From an uncultured Candidatus Saccharibacteria bacterium (GTDB taxonomy: Bacteria > Patescibacteriota > Minisyncoccia > Minisyncoccales > GWA2-46-15), in the NCBI GenBank assembly GCA_964437545.1, contig CAYTHH010000002.1:1-60754 (forward strand): a DNA stretch of 60,754 nt. The letters run 5' to 3'. The notes beneath the pieces are model-generated. The model was not told the DNA's origin. It made no database searches and saw only the letters and a program-made list of their open reading frames with translations. A program made the translations under genes and the position numbers. Positions 34,878 through 44,609 of this stretch are shown here, piece by piece; the first letter of the stretch is position 1; every line of letters begins with the position of its first letter.

Positions 34878-35061
34878 ACAAGTAAAGCAAATATAAAACT
34901 AGACTGCATTGCCAGAATAAAAAGGCTGGCTGTATTGAGTAATAAGGACTCGAAAGCCAAATTCGCTTTAAGTAGGAACTGGTATACTAGAATATAGCGT
35001 GCAGGTCTTTATGCTATAATACTAATAGACTTTATTTTTTAATTCTGCTATTCTAAAACTC

Positions 35062-36267
35062 ATGAAAAAGCTTCCCAAGATAGTTATTGTCCTTGCCCTG
35101 GTTATTGCCAGCGCCTTTTTGGGTTTCGTTATTGGACAACAACAAGGAGAAGCAAGGGCAGTTAATGAGTTCTTTTCCCAAGGAGCAGGTGATAATGCCC
35201 CGGATTTAGATTTCACTCTTTTTTGGGAAACTTGGCAGACTTTAAAAGAAAAGTTTATTGATAAAACCAAGTTTGATAACCAGAAAATGCTTTATGGGGC
35301 TGTTGCTGGTGTAGTCAGCTCTTTAGAAGATCCCTATACCATTTTCATGAATCCCGAAGAAAGCAAAAAGTTTATGGAAGATGTTTCTGGTAAATTTGAA
35401 GGTATTGGCATGGAAATTGGTAAAAAGAATGGTCAACTTCAAGTTATTACTCCTTTGGAAAACACCCCAGCTCAAAAAGCAAAATTAAGGGCTGGAGATA
35501 AAATCATTAAAATTGATGGCGTTTTTACCAGCGATATGACTATTGATGACGCGGTTACTAAAATCCGGGGTAAAAAGGGAACTGCAGTGACTTTAGCGAT
35601 TTTTAGAGAAGAATGGAACAATACTAAAGATTTTGAAATCATTAGGGATGTTATCGAAGTGCCTTCTTTAAAATGGGAACTAATAGACGATAATATTGCC
35701 TATATTGAACTTTATCAGTTTTCAGAAAAAGCTGGTTATGATTTCGGGAAAGCTTCCCTGGAAATTCTAAATTCTCCTGCAGATAAAATCATCCTTGACT
35801 TAAGGAATAACCCCGGCGGTTACCTTGAGGTTTCGCGAGATATTGCCAGCTTATTTATAGAAAGGGGTTCCTTGGTAGTTATTGAAGATTTTGGAGATAA
35901 AGCCGAACCTAAGGAATACATTACTGACGGTAATGACATTTTTTCCAGCTTGCCAATGGTAGTTTTAATTAACCAAGGATCAGCATCAGCTAGCGAAATC
36001 TTGGCTGGAGCTCTGCGAGATAATCGCGATATTAAACTAATTGGAAAAACTTCTTTTGGCAAAGGATCAGTCCAAGAAGTTAAAAATTTTAAAGATGGCT
36101 CTTCTTTAAAAGTGACTGTAGCAAAATGGCTGACTCCAAAGGGCCTATCAATCTCAGATCATGGCTTGATTCCTGATATCGAGATTGAAATTACTGATGA
36201 GGATTATCAGGCCGACAAAGATCCACAGCTAGATAAAGCTATTGAAATTTTAAAGGAGATCAGGTAA
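35062..36267 (+). CDS. ctpA: S41-family carboxy-terminal processing protease (PDZ domain)
   Basis: PDZ segment (AGDKIIKIDG), LDLRNNPGGY, and the catalytic region SASASEI...GKTSFGKGSVQ. Confidence 0.9.
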   Translation: MKKLPKIVIVLALVIASAFLGFVIGQQQGEARAVNEFFSQGAGDNAPDLDFTLFWETWQTLKEKFIDKTKFDNQKMLYGAVAGVVSSLEDPYTIFMNPEESKKFMEDVSGKFEGIGMEIGKKNGQLQVITPLENTPAQKAKLRAGDKIIKIDGVFTSDMTIDDAVTKIRGKKGTAVTLAIFREEWNNTKDFEIIRDVIEVPSLKWELIDDNIAYIELYQFSEKAGYDFGKASLEILNSPADKIILDLRNNPGGYLEVSRDIASLFIERGSLVVIEDFGDKAEPKEYITDGNDIFSSLPMVVLINQGSASASEILAGALRDNRDIKLIGKTSFGKGSVQEVKNFKDGSSLKVTVAKWLTPKGLSISDHGLIPDIEIEITDEDYQADKDPQLDKAIEILKEIR

Positions 36268-36297
36268 AATAAATACAAATAAATCTAAGTCGATAAA

Positions 36298-36756
36298 ATG
36301 AAGGTCGTTTTACTAGAAGATATCGATAAATTAGGTAAAAAATACGAGATTAAAGAAGTGGCAGATGGCTTTGCCCGCAATTTTTTAATTCCTAAAAATC
36401 AAGTCAAACCGGCCACTAAAGAAATGATGGAATGGGTTAAAATCCAAAAAACCCTCCTAGAGAAAAAAGCTGAAGGCCACTTAAAGAAAACTCAAGAGAT
36501 GGCCTCGGCCACAGACGGCTTAGAAGTGATGATGCAAGTCAGGGTTGGCGAAGAAAACCAAATTTTTGAATCAATTACTGCCCAGAAAATAGCTGATAAG
36601 CTCAAAGAAATGGGGTTTGAAATAAAGAAAAACCAAATTGATTTAACTGAACCCATTAAGGAAGTAGGGGAATATCCGGTCAGTCTAAAATTTGATCATA
36701 ATCTAGAATCTCAAATCCAAGTGATCGTCAGCGGCGAACATAAAGAAGAAAAATAA
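36298..36756 (+). CDS. rplI: 50S ribosomal protein L9
   Basis: MKVVLLEDIDKLGKKYEIKEVADGFARNFLIPK is the canonical L9 N-domain. Confidence 0.93.
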   Translation: MKVVLLEDIDKLGKKYEIKEVADGFARNFLIPKNQVKPATKEMMEWVKIQKTLLEKKAEGHLKKTQEMASATDGLEVMMQVRVGEENQIFESITAQKIADKLKEMGFEIKKNQIDLTEPIKEVGEYPVSLKFDHNLESQIQVIVSGEHKEEK

Positions 36757-36765
36757 CAAAAGAAA

Positions 36766-36795
36766 ACAACCCCTTGATCAGGGGCTGTTTTCTTT
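36766..36795. terminator. bidirectional terminator between convergent rplI and rpmA
   Basis: ACAACCCCT-TGATC-AGGGGCTGT with T/A runs on both sides. Confidence 0.65.
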
Positions 36796-36818
36796 CAAAA
36801 GGGGAGTAGTTGTTATTC

Positions 36819-37094
36819 TTAAGCAAGAATGCTGACTACCTTAGCTAGTCTTTGGGAACCATCAAAGCGCTTTACTTTTTTAGTAGTAAATTTAACCGTG
36901 CCTGGTTTGCCGGCATAAAGGGTATCATCACTGCCAATTCTAACATTATTACCGGGCACAAATTTAGTCCCTCTTTGCCGGATAATTACCATGCCGGCCT
37001 TAACCGACTGATTGTCATTGATTTTGATCCCCAGATATTTTGGTCGAGACCTTCTTCCTAATCCTGAAGTCCCTGTTGCCTTAGTCTTGGACAT
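36819..37094 (-). CDS. rpmA: 50S ribosomal protein L27
   Basis: GLGRRSRPKYLGIK...GMVIIRQRGTKFVPGNNVRIGSDDTLYA matches the L27 core. Confidence 0.9.
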   Translation of the reverse strand: MSKTKATGTSGLGRRSRPKYLGIKINDNQSVKAGMVIIRQRGTKFVPGNNVRIGSDDTLYAGKPGTVKFTTKKVKRFDGSQRLAKVVSILA

Positions 37095-37122
37095 ATTTGC
37101 TTAAATTATTTAAGATAAACTC

Positions 37123-37296
37123 ATGGTAACAAAACTTAAAGCTTTTGTCAAAAATAATCTCAACGATATATTGATAGTTACGACAGTGATTTTGATCTCT
37201 TTATTCTCATTTGCTGCCGGCTATTTAGTTTCTGATTATAGCGATTATGATATATCTAGACAAAAAGAACCCATTCAAATAGAAACCATGCCTTAA
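37123..37296 (+). CDS. possible small membrane protein (57 aa)
   Basis: An ORF below the track cutoff with one TM (ILIVTTVILISLFSFAAGYLV). Preceded by TTAAGAT-6 nt-ATG, like other promoters here. Confidence 0.3.
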   Translation: MVTKLKAFVKNNLNDILIVTTVILISLFSFAAGYLVSDYSDYDISRQKEPIQIETMP

Positions 37297-37349
37297 GAGT
37301 GGAAAATATTGGTAAATTTATGAATTTTTCACTGTTTTTAATTTAAAAA

Positions 37350-37652
37350 ATGAGATTTAAATCTAAAAAACCAAGGGAAAATATAGCTAATTTAGCCAGA
37401 ATCTTAGGATATAGGCTATTAAAGGGGACTGATCATGAGTTTAATTTAGTCAGGCCTTTGGGCAGAGATTATCCAAGATTTCATGTTTATCTGGAAGAAA
37501 ATGATGATTTTCTTTATTTTAATCTGCATCTTGACCAAAAAAGACCTTCTTATTCAAAACAAACAATGCACAGTGGCGAATATGATGGTGATTTAGTTTT
37601 AGGCGAACAACAGAGAATCCAAAAGACTTTGGAAAAGCTAATTACTCTTTAG
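37350..37652 (+). CDS. hypothetical protein (100 aa)
   Basis: Clean ORF, no recognisable motif. Confidence 0.5.
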   Translation: MRFKSKKPRENIANLARILGYRLLKGTDHEFNLVRPLGRDYPRFHVYLEENDDFLYFNLHLDQKRPSYSKQTMHSGEYDGDLVLGEQQRIQKTLEKLITL

Positions 37653-38595
37653 TATTATCAGCGGCGTGAAACCTGCGATGAATATCTCTCAGCTTTTTAC
37701 TGGTTACATGGGTATAGATTTGGGTAGCAGAAATGTTCTTATGGCCCAAAAATTCCTGTATTATTCTTAAATCTACACCTTGGCTTAAAAGATCAGAAGC
37801 AAAACTATGCCTCATGACATGGGGGGTAGTATTTGAGGGCAATCCGGCTAAAAGCGCATATCTTTTGATCATCTTTTCCATATAACGAACCGATAATCTT
37901 TCGTCAGTACCATTACGACGGCGATAATTAATAAATAAGGGTTTGTTATCGTCATTTCTAGTCTTTAAATATTTCCCCAACCATTCTAGAGATCTTTCTG
38001 AGAAATAAACTGTCCTGGCTCGGCCACCCTTGCCAATAATGCCAAGCTCCAATCTCTTAAAAGCTAAATTTTTAAACTGATTGCGATTCAGAGCCGCCAA
38101 CTCAGCAATTCTCATTCCAGTAGAGAATAAAACTTCTAGAATCGCCCTATCTCTGAGTCCCTGGATTTTATCTATCTTAATAACGGAAACTAATTTCTCG
38201 ATCTGATCTAGATTAAGAAAGCGAACCTGTTTTTCTTTTTTATCTTTGGCTAACTTTATCTTTTCTGATGGTAAAGATATAATGTCGCGATCGGCAAAAT
38301 AGTTTAATAAAGACCTGACGGCAATCAAGTAATAGTTTTGGGTAGATCTCTTAAGCACAGCATTAGACTTTGACCGATATTGGCGGGACAGAAAAACCCG
38401 GTACCTCCAGACATGATCGGAAGTAAGCTCATGAGGTTTTATGTTTTGTAAATTATTTTTTTTAAGCCAACTCAAAAATCTTCCTAAGAATCTGGCATAA
38501 TTTTCTTGAGATTTGGCTGATAGGCCTTTTTCTATATCCAACCAATCTAAAAAATCTGATAAATGAGCGGGGATAGATCTCGAATCTTTATTCAT
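37642..38595 (-). CDS. tyrosine site-specific recombinase, XerC/XerD family
   Basis: C-terminal catalytic region HVMRHSFASDLL...LGHKNISATQIYTHV (R-H-R-Y set). N-terminal SAM-like core-binding domain. Confidence 0.88.
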   Translation of the reverse strand: MNKDSRSIPAHLSDFLDWLDIEKGLSAKSQENYARFLGRFLSWLKKNNLQNIKPHELTSDHVWRYRVFLSRQYRSKSNAVLKRSTQNYYLIAVRSLLNYFADRDIISLPSEKIKLAKDKKEKQVRFLNLDQIEKLVSVIKIDKIQGLRDRAILEVLFSTGMRIAELAALNRNQFKNLAFKRLELGIIGKGGRARTVYFSERSLEWLGKYLKTRNDDNKPLFINYRRRNGTDERLSVRYMEKMIKRYALLAGLPSNTTPHVMRHSFASDLLSQGVDLRIIQEFLGHKNISATQIYTHVTSKKLRDIHRRFHAADNTKE

Positions 38596-38679
38596 GATTA
38601 ATCGCTTAAGTATAATTATGCGTACCTTACTATTACCATCTTAACAGTCCTCTCTTACTGCTTTTGTACTATTAAATTA

Positions 38680-39117
38680 TTATTTAATTATTTCTTTAAG
38701 TTTTTCTAAAAAAGTTTTCTTCAACTCTGGAATTTCTTTTTTAACATCTTCGCCCATTTCCTTTTTTTCCTCATCAAGCTCTTTCTCAAAAATATCTTTT
38801 CTTTCTAAGAATAAAGATTTTAGCTTCTGCCAGGCATTATTTAACCAAACCTTAACCTTATTTGCCAAATTATGACTCCACCATTCCCTAAGCCAGCTAA
38901 CCATATCATTCCAAAAAGCCTTAGCCTCATTTAAAGCAGCTTTAAAACCACTTAGAAAACCTTCCGATAGCTTTAAAACCATGGTTTTAAGACCCTCAAG
39001 CGTGTCTGGGGGCTCGATAAAGGCCTGAGAGCTGTCTATAGCCATTAATAGGCTTGGGGCTGCCCAAAGGCTAAAAACGAGGGCAAAAAAAAGAATAATA
39101 GGATAATGATTTTTCAT
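38680..39117 (-). CDS. hypothetical secreted helical protein (145 aa)
   Basis: Signal-peptide-like N-terminus, Trp-rich amphipathic helices, acidic/basic C-terminal tail. Confidence 0.5.
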   Translation of the reverse strand: MKNHYPIILFFALVFSLWAAPSLLMAIDSSQAFIEPPDTLEGLKTMVLKLSEGFLSGFKAALNEAKAFWNDMVSWLREWWSHNLANKVKVWLNNAWQKLKSLFLERKDIFEKELDEEKKEMGEDVKKEIPELKKTFLEKLKEIIK

Positions 39118-39135
39118 TTTAATTTCGAGCTTTAC

Positions 39136-40740
39136 TTATATTTTTATTGCTTGTTGAATTCTTTTAATAGTTTTATCTTTTCCTAAAATATCGGCGATTT
39201 CAAAAGGACCGGCTGAAAATTGTTTGCCGCTCAAAGCCACTCTTAGCGGCCAAAGCAAATACCCTCTATCTCCCCTATCCTTTACCCCGAAGTCAGCTTG
39301 CTGCACTTTGGGACGTATTTTCTCTGCCTCAGCTAAAAGGATATTTTCCAAATTTTCTTTCTGCCAGTTTTCAGGGCTTATTCCCCCCAAAACTTTTTCT
39401 AATACTTCCAGAGAGCCCCTGACTTCCTCGTTGGTCATTTCTTTCCATTTTAAAAGATCAACTGAAAAATTAATCTTTTCTTTAAAAAAGAAATCTGTCA
39501 GCTCTATAATTTCTGAAAGTTTTTTTAAACGCTGCTGGTAAAGACTGACTATTTTTTCTAAATAATCGAAACCGACAATTTCTTTGGTACTCGCTATCTC
39601 GTACTCTCGCTTTTGCCAAGACTCTTCAATAGCAGCCGGGATTAGTTGAGCCGGAATAGATTCTTCAAAAACTTTTATCAGCCCTGATTGAATTAAAAAA
39701 GGTAAACACTTTTTTGTTAAGTTTTCTAAACTTAAATTCCTCAAGTAAAAACCATTAAGCCAATCTAATCTTTGCTGATTGAAAATGGCTCCTGATTTTT
39801 GAACCCTTTCGAGAGAAAATTCTTTTACCAAGCCTTTTATGGTAAAGATTTCTCTGTCGTCTTCCGGATGCCAGCCCAAAAGCACTAGGAAATTAATTAA
39901 AGCTTCTGGCAGATAACCTTCATCCCGGTATGCTAAAGTTGAAACAGCACCATGACGCTTACTTAGCTTTGATCGATCGGAAGCTAAAATCATTGGCAGG
40001 TGGGCATATTCTGGACTAGGAAAACCAAAAGCTTTTTGAAGCATAATTTGCTTAGGAGTATTAGAAATATGATCCTCGCCCCTAATAACATGAGTAATTT
40101 TCATGTCAAAATCATCAATCACGCAAGAAAAATTATAAAGCGGAGAACGAAGGTCGCGAGCAATAGAAAAGTCACCAATTAGATGAGGATCAAATTCTGT
40201 TTTACCGCGGATAATATCGTTAAAAATAATAGGTTGGACAATTGTATTCTTAAAACGGATAATTGCTTTCTCTCCCCTACTAAGCTTTTGCTCAGCTTGG
40301 GATAAAGTTATTTCCCGGCACTTCCCAGAATAAGCTGCGGATTGACCTTGGCTTAATCTGTATTGACGATAAGTTTCCAGTTCTTCCTCAGAACAAAAAC
40401 AATAAAATGCCTTATCTTCGCTTAAAAGCTGTTTTAAGTATTTTTCATAAACATCAAGTTTCTCGCTCTGACGATAAGGTCCGTAGACACCATCAACCTC
40501 GGGTCCCTCGTCCCATAACAAACCTGTCCATTTTAAGGTTTCCAGAATTGCTTTTTCGTACTCTGGCTCTGATCTTTCTTTATCGGTATCTTCAATCCTT
40601 AAAATGAAAACGCCATTATTTTTTTTAGCAAAAAGATAAGCGAATAAGGCTGTTCTTAAATTTCCCAATTGCAAAAAACCAGTTGGCGATGGCGCAAATC
40701 TAGTTCTAATTTCTTCTTTTTTAGAAGTTAACGATTCCAT
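39136..40740 (-). CDS. gltX: glutamate--tRNA ligase
   Basis: RFAPSPTGFLQLGN...LRIEDTD and KLSKR. Start set at the ATG at 40740, which lies 6 nt after a TATAAT. The HIGH position reads LQLG. Confidence 0.9.
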   Translation of the reverse strand: MESLTSKKEEIRTRFAPSPTGFLQLGNLRTALFAYLFAKKNNGVFILRIEDTDKERSEPEYEKAILETLKWTGLLWDEGPEVDGVYGPYRQSEKLDVYEKYLKQLLSEDKAFYCFCSEEELETYRQYRLSQGQSAAYSGKCREITLSQAEQKLSRGEKAIIRFKNTIVQPIIFNDIIRGKTEFDPHLIGDFSIARDLRSPLYNFSCVIDDFDMKITHVIRGEDHISNTPKQIMLQKAFGFPSPEYAHLPMILASDRSKLSKRHGAVSTLAYRDEGYLPEALINFLVLLGWHPEDDREIFTIKGLVKEFSLERVQKSGAIFNQQRLDWLNGFYLRNLSLENLTKKCLPFLIQSGLIKVFEESIPAQLIPAAIEESWQKREYEIASTKEIVGFDYLEKIVSLYQQRLKKLSEIIELTDFFFKEKINFSVDLLKWKEMTNEEVRGSLEVLEKVLGGISPENWQKENLENILLAEAEKIRPKVQQADFGVKDRGDRGYLLWPLRVALSGKQFSAGPFEIADILGKDKTIKRIQQAIKI

Positions 40741-40791
40741 AGTCTGATTATATTCTAACACACAATAATATACCAAACTTCCAGTTCGTTA

Positions 40792-41988
40792 TCATGTTTT
40801 TAAAGAATTAAAAATGATTCTGGCAATATTCTTTCCTGCTTCGGGATTGGAAAAACCTGAAGTCGCCTGCCTCATTTTTTCCAAATCATTAGGATGAGAG
40901 AAAAGATATTTGAGCTTTTCTAGAAAAAAGTTTGGCGTTGTATTATTTTGCTCCAAGACAATAGCCGCCCCACTGGCCGCATAAGCATAAGCATTCTTTA
41001 ATTGATGACCCTGAGCTGAATCAGGTAAGGGCATAATAACTGAAGGCTTGCCGACAGCGGCAATCTCAAATAAAGTTCCAGACCCAGCTCGAGCCACTAC
41101 CAAATCTGCTGCTGCTAGAACGTGCTTTAATTCTTGTTCTCTAAAGAAAGCTACTGGGTGATAATATTTTTTTATTTCTTTAGAGATAGTGATATTAACC
41201 TCGGGTAAATATTTAGCAAAGTTCTTCTCACCAACTTGATGTAAAATCTCATAATCTTGGAGAAGTTTGGGAAGAATGGTCAAAATCATATCATTTATGG
41301 GTTGGGCGCCCTGGGAACCGCCGAGAATAAGCACCACTGGCTTTTCCCCGGTCAATTTAAAAATTTCTTTGGCTTTTTTAAGAGTCCCTTGAAGAATTTC
41401 TTTCCTGATTGGGTTACCAACTAAAATTGATTTTGAAGGGGGCAATCTTTCTGTCTTAGGAAAAGAAATTAGAATCTTTTTGGCAAATTTAGAAAGCAAA
41501 AGATTACTTAAACCGGCATCAGCATCAGACTCATGTAAAAAAATTGGAATCCTTAATACCCAACCGGCAATCACTATTGGAAAAGAGCCATAACCACCTT
41601 TACTGAAAATTAAGTCTGGAGCAATAAAAAATAGATAAAAGAATGATTGCAAAACTCCAAATGGCATCTTAAAGAATATATCAATAGCGTTTTCAAAAAA
41701 GCTTTGCCAATCAAAATATCTTCTTATTTTGCCAGTAGAAACCTCTCTAGTTTTAACTCCTTCTTGGGCAAGTAAAATCAACCCGAATTCATCTCTGGGG
41801 CCAAGGTAATAAAGATCTAAAGATTCTCTGAGAGGGTCTTTAGGGTTATTGCTCCCCTTGGCTTCAGCGAAAACATTTAAATTATCTTCAATCCTGGTTT
41901 GAATATAAAGACTTTTGATTTCCCTGACTACGGCGATTAAGGGGAAAATGTGACCTCCGCTACCTCCACCGGTAAAAACTATTTTCAT
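40792..41988 (-). CDS. murG: undecaprenyldiphospho-muramoylpentapeptide beta-N-acetylglucosaminyltransferase MurG
   Basis: MKIVFTGGGSGGHIFP and GGSQGA motifs. dcw context. Confidence 0.92.
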   Translation of the reverse strand: MKIVFTGGGSGGHIFPLIAVVREIKSLYIQTRIEDNLNVFAEAKGSNNPKDPLRESLDLYYLGPRDEFGLILLAQEGVKTREVSTGKIRRYFDWQSFFENAIDIFFKMPFGVLQSFFYLFFIAPDLIFSKGGYGSFPIVIAGWVLRIPIFLHESDADAGLSNLLLSKFAKKILISFPKTERLPPSKSILVGNPIRKEILQGTLKKAKEIFKLTGEKPVVLILGGSQGAQPINDMILTILPKLLQDYEILHQVGEKNFAKYLPEVNITISKEIKKYYHPVAFFREQELKHVLAAADLVVARAGSGTLFEIAAVGKPSVIMPLPDSAQGHQLKNAYAYAASGAAIVLEQNNTTPNFFLEKLKYLFSHPNDLEKMRQATSGFSNPEAGKNIARIIFNSLKT

Positions 41989-41998
41989 ATCTCTTGAA

Positions 41999-43078
41999 TT
42001 ATGTTTGTCTTGATATATTTAATAATATGCCTAAGCCCGCTAATTCAGAAGTCAAATGGGAACCGCCATAACTAATAAATGGTAATGGAACGCCGGTTAA
42101 GGGAAAAATTCCTGTCATTGAACAGATGTTAACTAATGACTGAAAGCCTATCCAGAAACAAATACCAACAGCGACAACTTGGGAAAATTTATCCTTAGAA
42201 GCTTTAGCAATCTTAAATCCTTGCCAAACAAAAACAAAAATAATTGAAAGTAGGATAATAGCTCCAAAAAAACCAGCTTCCTCGGCAAAAATTGAAAAGA
42301 TGGCATCGCCAATGGTAGCCGGCAAAAAATTAAATCTTTGCCTAGATCCCCCAAACCCTAAGCCAAAAATACCCCCAGAACCAATAGAAATTAACGACTG
42401 CTTTAATTGATAGCCAATACCCATAGGATCAAAGTCAGGATTAATGAAAACTCTCCAGCGATTCATCCGGTATGGAGCCACTTTAATCAAAATACCTAAG
42501 GCTGCCAAGCCAGACAACCAAATCAGAAAGTTCTGCCAAAGAGGCGTGTTCGTAGCAAAGAAAACAGCCAAACCAATCACCGCCACAATCACTAGGGTGC
42601 CAATATCGGGTTGAAGAATTAAAAGCAGGGAAACTATTGCCATCACTATCAAAAAAGGAATTAGCGATTTTTTAGAATCCTGCTTTGTCAACCAGACACC
42701 AAGATATAAAATTAAAACTAGTTTTAAAAACTCTGAAGGCTGAAAACTAAAAATGCCAAAGTTTATCCAGCTAGAAGCATTAAAAAGTTTTAATTCGGTT
42801 GTTGAAACAAAAAGCAAGCATAGGCATAAAATAATAAAAAGAAAAGCTAAAAAAGAAAATTTCTTAATTATTGGTAACGGGATTAAAAAACCGGCTAATC
42901 CCAAAATCAGACCCGGCAATAGTCCAAATAACAACTGGTGTTTTAAAAGATAATTCTGATTACCGAACTTTTCCATTGAAAAAACGGTTGAGGTACTAGC
43001 TAAGATCAAAGCACCAAGTAAAAGTAAAAGCGAGCCAGCTATAATTAAGGTAAAATTTGTATTTTTTAAGTTTTTCAT
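41999..43078 (-). CDS. ftsW: SEDS-family lipid II flippase/polymerase FtsW
   Basis: Polytopic protein with FQPSEFLK and PLPFISYGGS motifs. Confidence 0.9.
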   Translation of the reverse strand: MKNLKNTNFTLIIAGSLLLLLGALILASTSTVFSMEKFGNQNYLLKHQLLFGLLPGLILGLAGFLIPLPIIKKFSFLAFLFIILCLCLLFVSTTELKLFNASSWINFGIFSFQPSEFLKLVLILYLGVWLTKQDSKKSLIPFLIVMAIVSLLLILQPDIGTLVIVAVIGLAVFFATNTPLWQNFLIWLSGLAALGILIKVAPYRMNRWRVFINPDFDPMGIGYQLKQSLISIGSGGIFGLGFGGSRQRFNFLPATIGDAIFSIFAEEAGFFGAIILLSIIFVFVWQGFKIAKASKDKFSQVVAVGICFWIGFQSLVNICSMTGIFPLTGVPLPFISYGGSHLTSELAGLGILLNISRQT

Positions 43079-43100
43079 CGGCTAAGACAGCTAAAAAATG

Positions 43101-44432
43101 TCATTTTCTAAATTGCCTGACATATTTTTTAAATTGGTCACCCCTATCCTTATAATCAGAAAAAAGGTCGAAACTTGGTGAAGCGCAAGATAAAAGACAA
43201 ATTTTTCCCGAATGAGTGTACTTAAAAGCCAGATCAACTCCCCTTTCCATTTTGTCAATGAAAAAATAATTAAAAAAGCGATTTTGGGGTTTTATCTTCC
43301 TAATTTCTCGCCAAATCTTTTTTCCAGTACCGGGAAAGAATATCAAGGTTTTAAGATTACTGGCAATGATTTTTTTAGCCAATTTCTTAAATTCCAAGTT
43401 CCTGTCAAAACCGCCCAGGAAAATAGTCTCGACTTCGTTTCCCAAGGCAGCCAGCGCTTCGATAGTTGCTTGAGGAATAGTTGCCAAGGAATCATTGTAA
43501 AACTTTATCTCTTGATACTGACCGATAAATTCGAGCCGGTGCGGTAAAGGTTTAAATCCTTTTAGGGTTTTAATAATTTTGCTCTTAGAAACCTTAAAGA
43601 TTTTGCCAACTTCGATGGCGGCGGCCATATTTAACAAATTAAAATCACCAATAAGTTTTGTCTTTCCGCATTTAGCCAAGAATTTTTCCGCTGTTTTTGA
43701 ACTTAAGGCAATCTTCCTTGCTCTAGAAATTTTAGCAGTCTTAAAGACATATTTATTTTCTGGATTAAAAAGGAAAAAATCCGTCTTCTTCTGATAACGA
43801 CAAATATTCTGTTTAGCTTTAAAATATTCATTAAAGCTTCGATAATAATCAAGATGCTCAGGATAGAGATTTAGAAAAACAGCTATTTGAGGAGATTTCT
43901 TTAAGTCTGCAAGCTGATGGCTAGACAACTCATAAACATAAATATCTTCTGATATGGCATTCAACAATAAAAATAAAACTGGCTGGCCAATATTGCCAAC
44001 TAGAAAAGCTTTTAATCCCCCGCTTTTTAAAACTTGATATATCAAAGAAGCAGTCGTGCTCTTGCCTTTAGTGCCAGTAATGCCGATAATTTTTCCGGGA
44101 CAGCTGGCAAAAAAGATTTCTGTTTGAGAGGTTAAAATTTGTTTTTTACCGATGAACGGTTTAATTCTTTTTAAAGGAATTCCTGGCGACTTAATAATTA
44201 AATTATACTTTTTAAAGGATTTTAGATAGTTTTGACCGGAATAAAAATTTAGATACTTATCTTTCTTAATCAACCGCCGAGATTCAGGATCAAGATCTTT
44301 CAAATTTGATTTATCGGCAATCCCCAGTATTTTTTGAGGAAACAGCTTTCTTAAAAATAAAAAACTGTCCCTGCCTTCTCGGGCAAAACCTAGAATTAAA
44401 ATTTCTTTATCTTTAAGATAATTTAGGTTCAT
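43101..44432 (-). CDS. murD: UDP-N-acetylmuramoylalanine--glutamate ligase MurD (D-Glu or MurD2-type L-Glu not distinguishable here)
   Basis: GITGTKGKSTT P-loop, NDSLAT, dcw context. Confidence 0.88.
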   Translation of the reverse strand: MNLNYLKDKEILILGFAREGRDSFLFLRKLFPQKILGIADKSNLKDLDPESRRLIKKDKYLNFYSGQNYLKSFKKYNLIIKSPGIPLKRIKPFIGKKQILTSQTEIFFASCPGKIIGITGTKGKSTTASLIYQVLKSGGLKAFLVGNIGQPVLFLLLNAISEDIYVYELSSHQLADLKKSPQIAVFLNLYPEHLDYYRSFNEYFKAKQNICRYQKKTDFFLFNPENKYVFKTAKISRARKIALSSKTAEKFLAKCGKTKLIGDFNLLNMAAAIEVGKIFKVSKSKIIKTLKGFKPLPHRLEFIGQYQEIKFYNDSLATIPQATIEALAALGNEVETIFLGGFDRNLEFKKLAKKIIASNLKTLIFFPGTGKKIWREIRKIKPQNRFFNYFFIDKMERGVDLAFKYTHSGKICLLSCASPSFDLFSDYKDRGDQFKKYVRQFRK

Positions 44433-44555
44433 TCTAATGTTAAACTAAAGTCCCGCGGATAAATCCGTGGTTCTACCGCTTTTACGGACAATCTAGCCAA
44501 GGAATTAACCGAATCTTTATCTTGTAATAGCACGAAAATACAGTTAAATAAAGGT

Positions 44556-44599
44556 TTTAGGAAAAGAAAAATCCCTCTGGTTTCCAATCAAAGGGATTT
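44556..44599 (-). terminator. terminator downstream of pyrF
   Basis: AAATCCCT...AGGGATTT stem, followed on the minus strand by TTTCTTTTCC. Confidence 0.6.
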
Positions 44600-44609
44600 A
44601 TTGCTACAT

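Noticed and set aside
34613-34960. Four overlapping ORFs (both strands) across the tRNA-Lys downstream repeats
   Set aside because: They start inside the tRNA or run through the 83-bp tandem units, so the peptides just repeat. They have no start context and are better explained as non-coding repeat DNA.
44446-44500. AAAGTCCCGCGG resembling the RNase P RNA P4 motif (GAAAGUCCGGGC)
   Set aside because: The intergenic space is only about 177 nt and none of the other conserved RNase P regions are present. It is more likely a simple hairpin (CCGCGGA-TAAA-TCCGTGG) in the murD upstream region.
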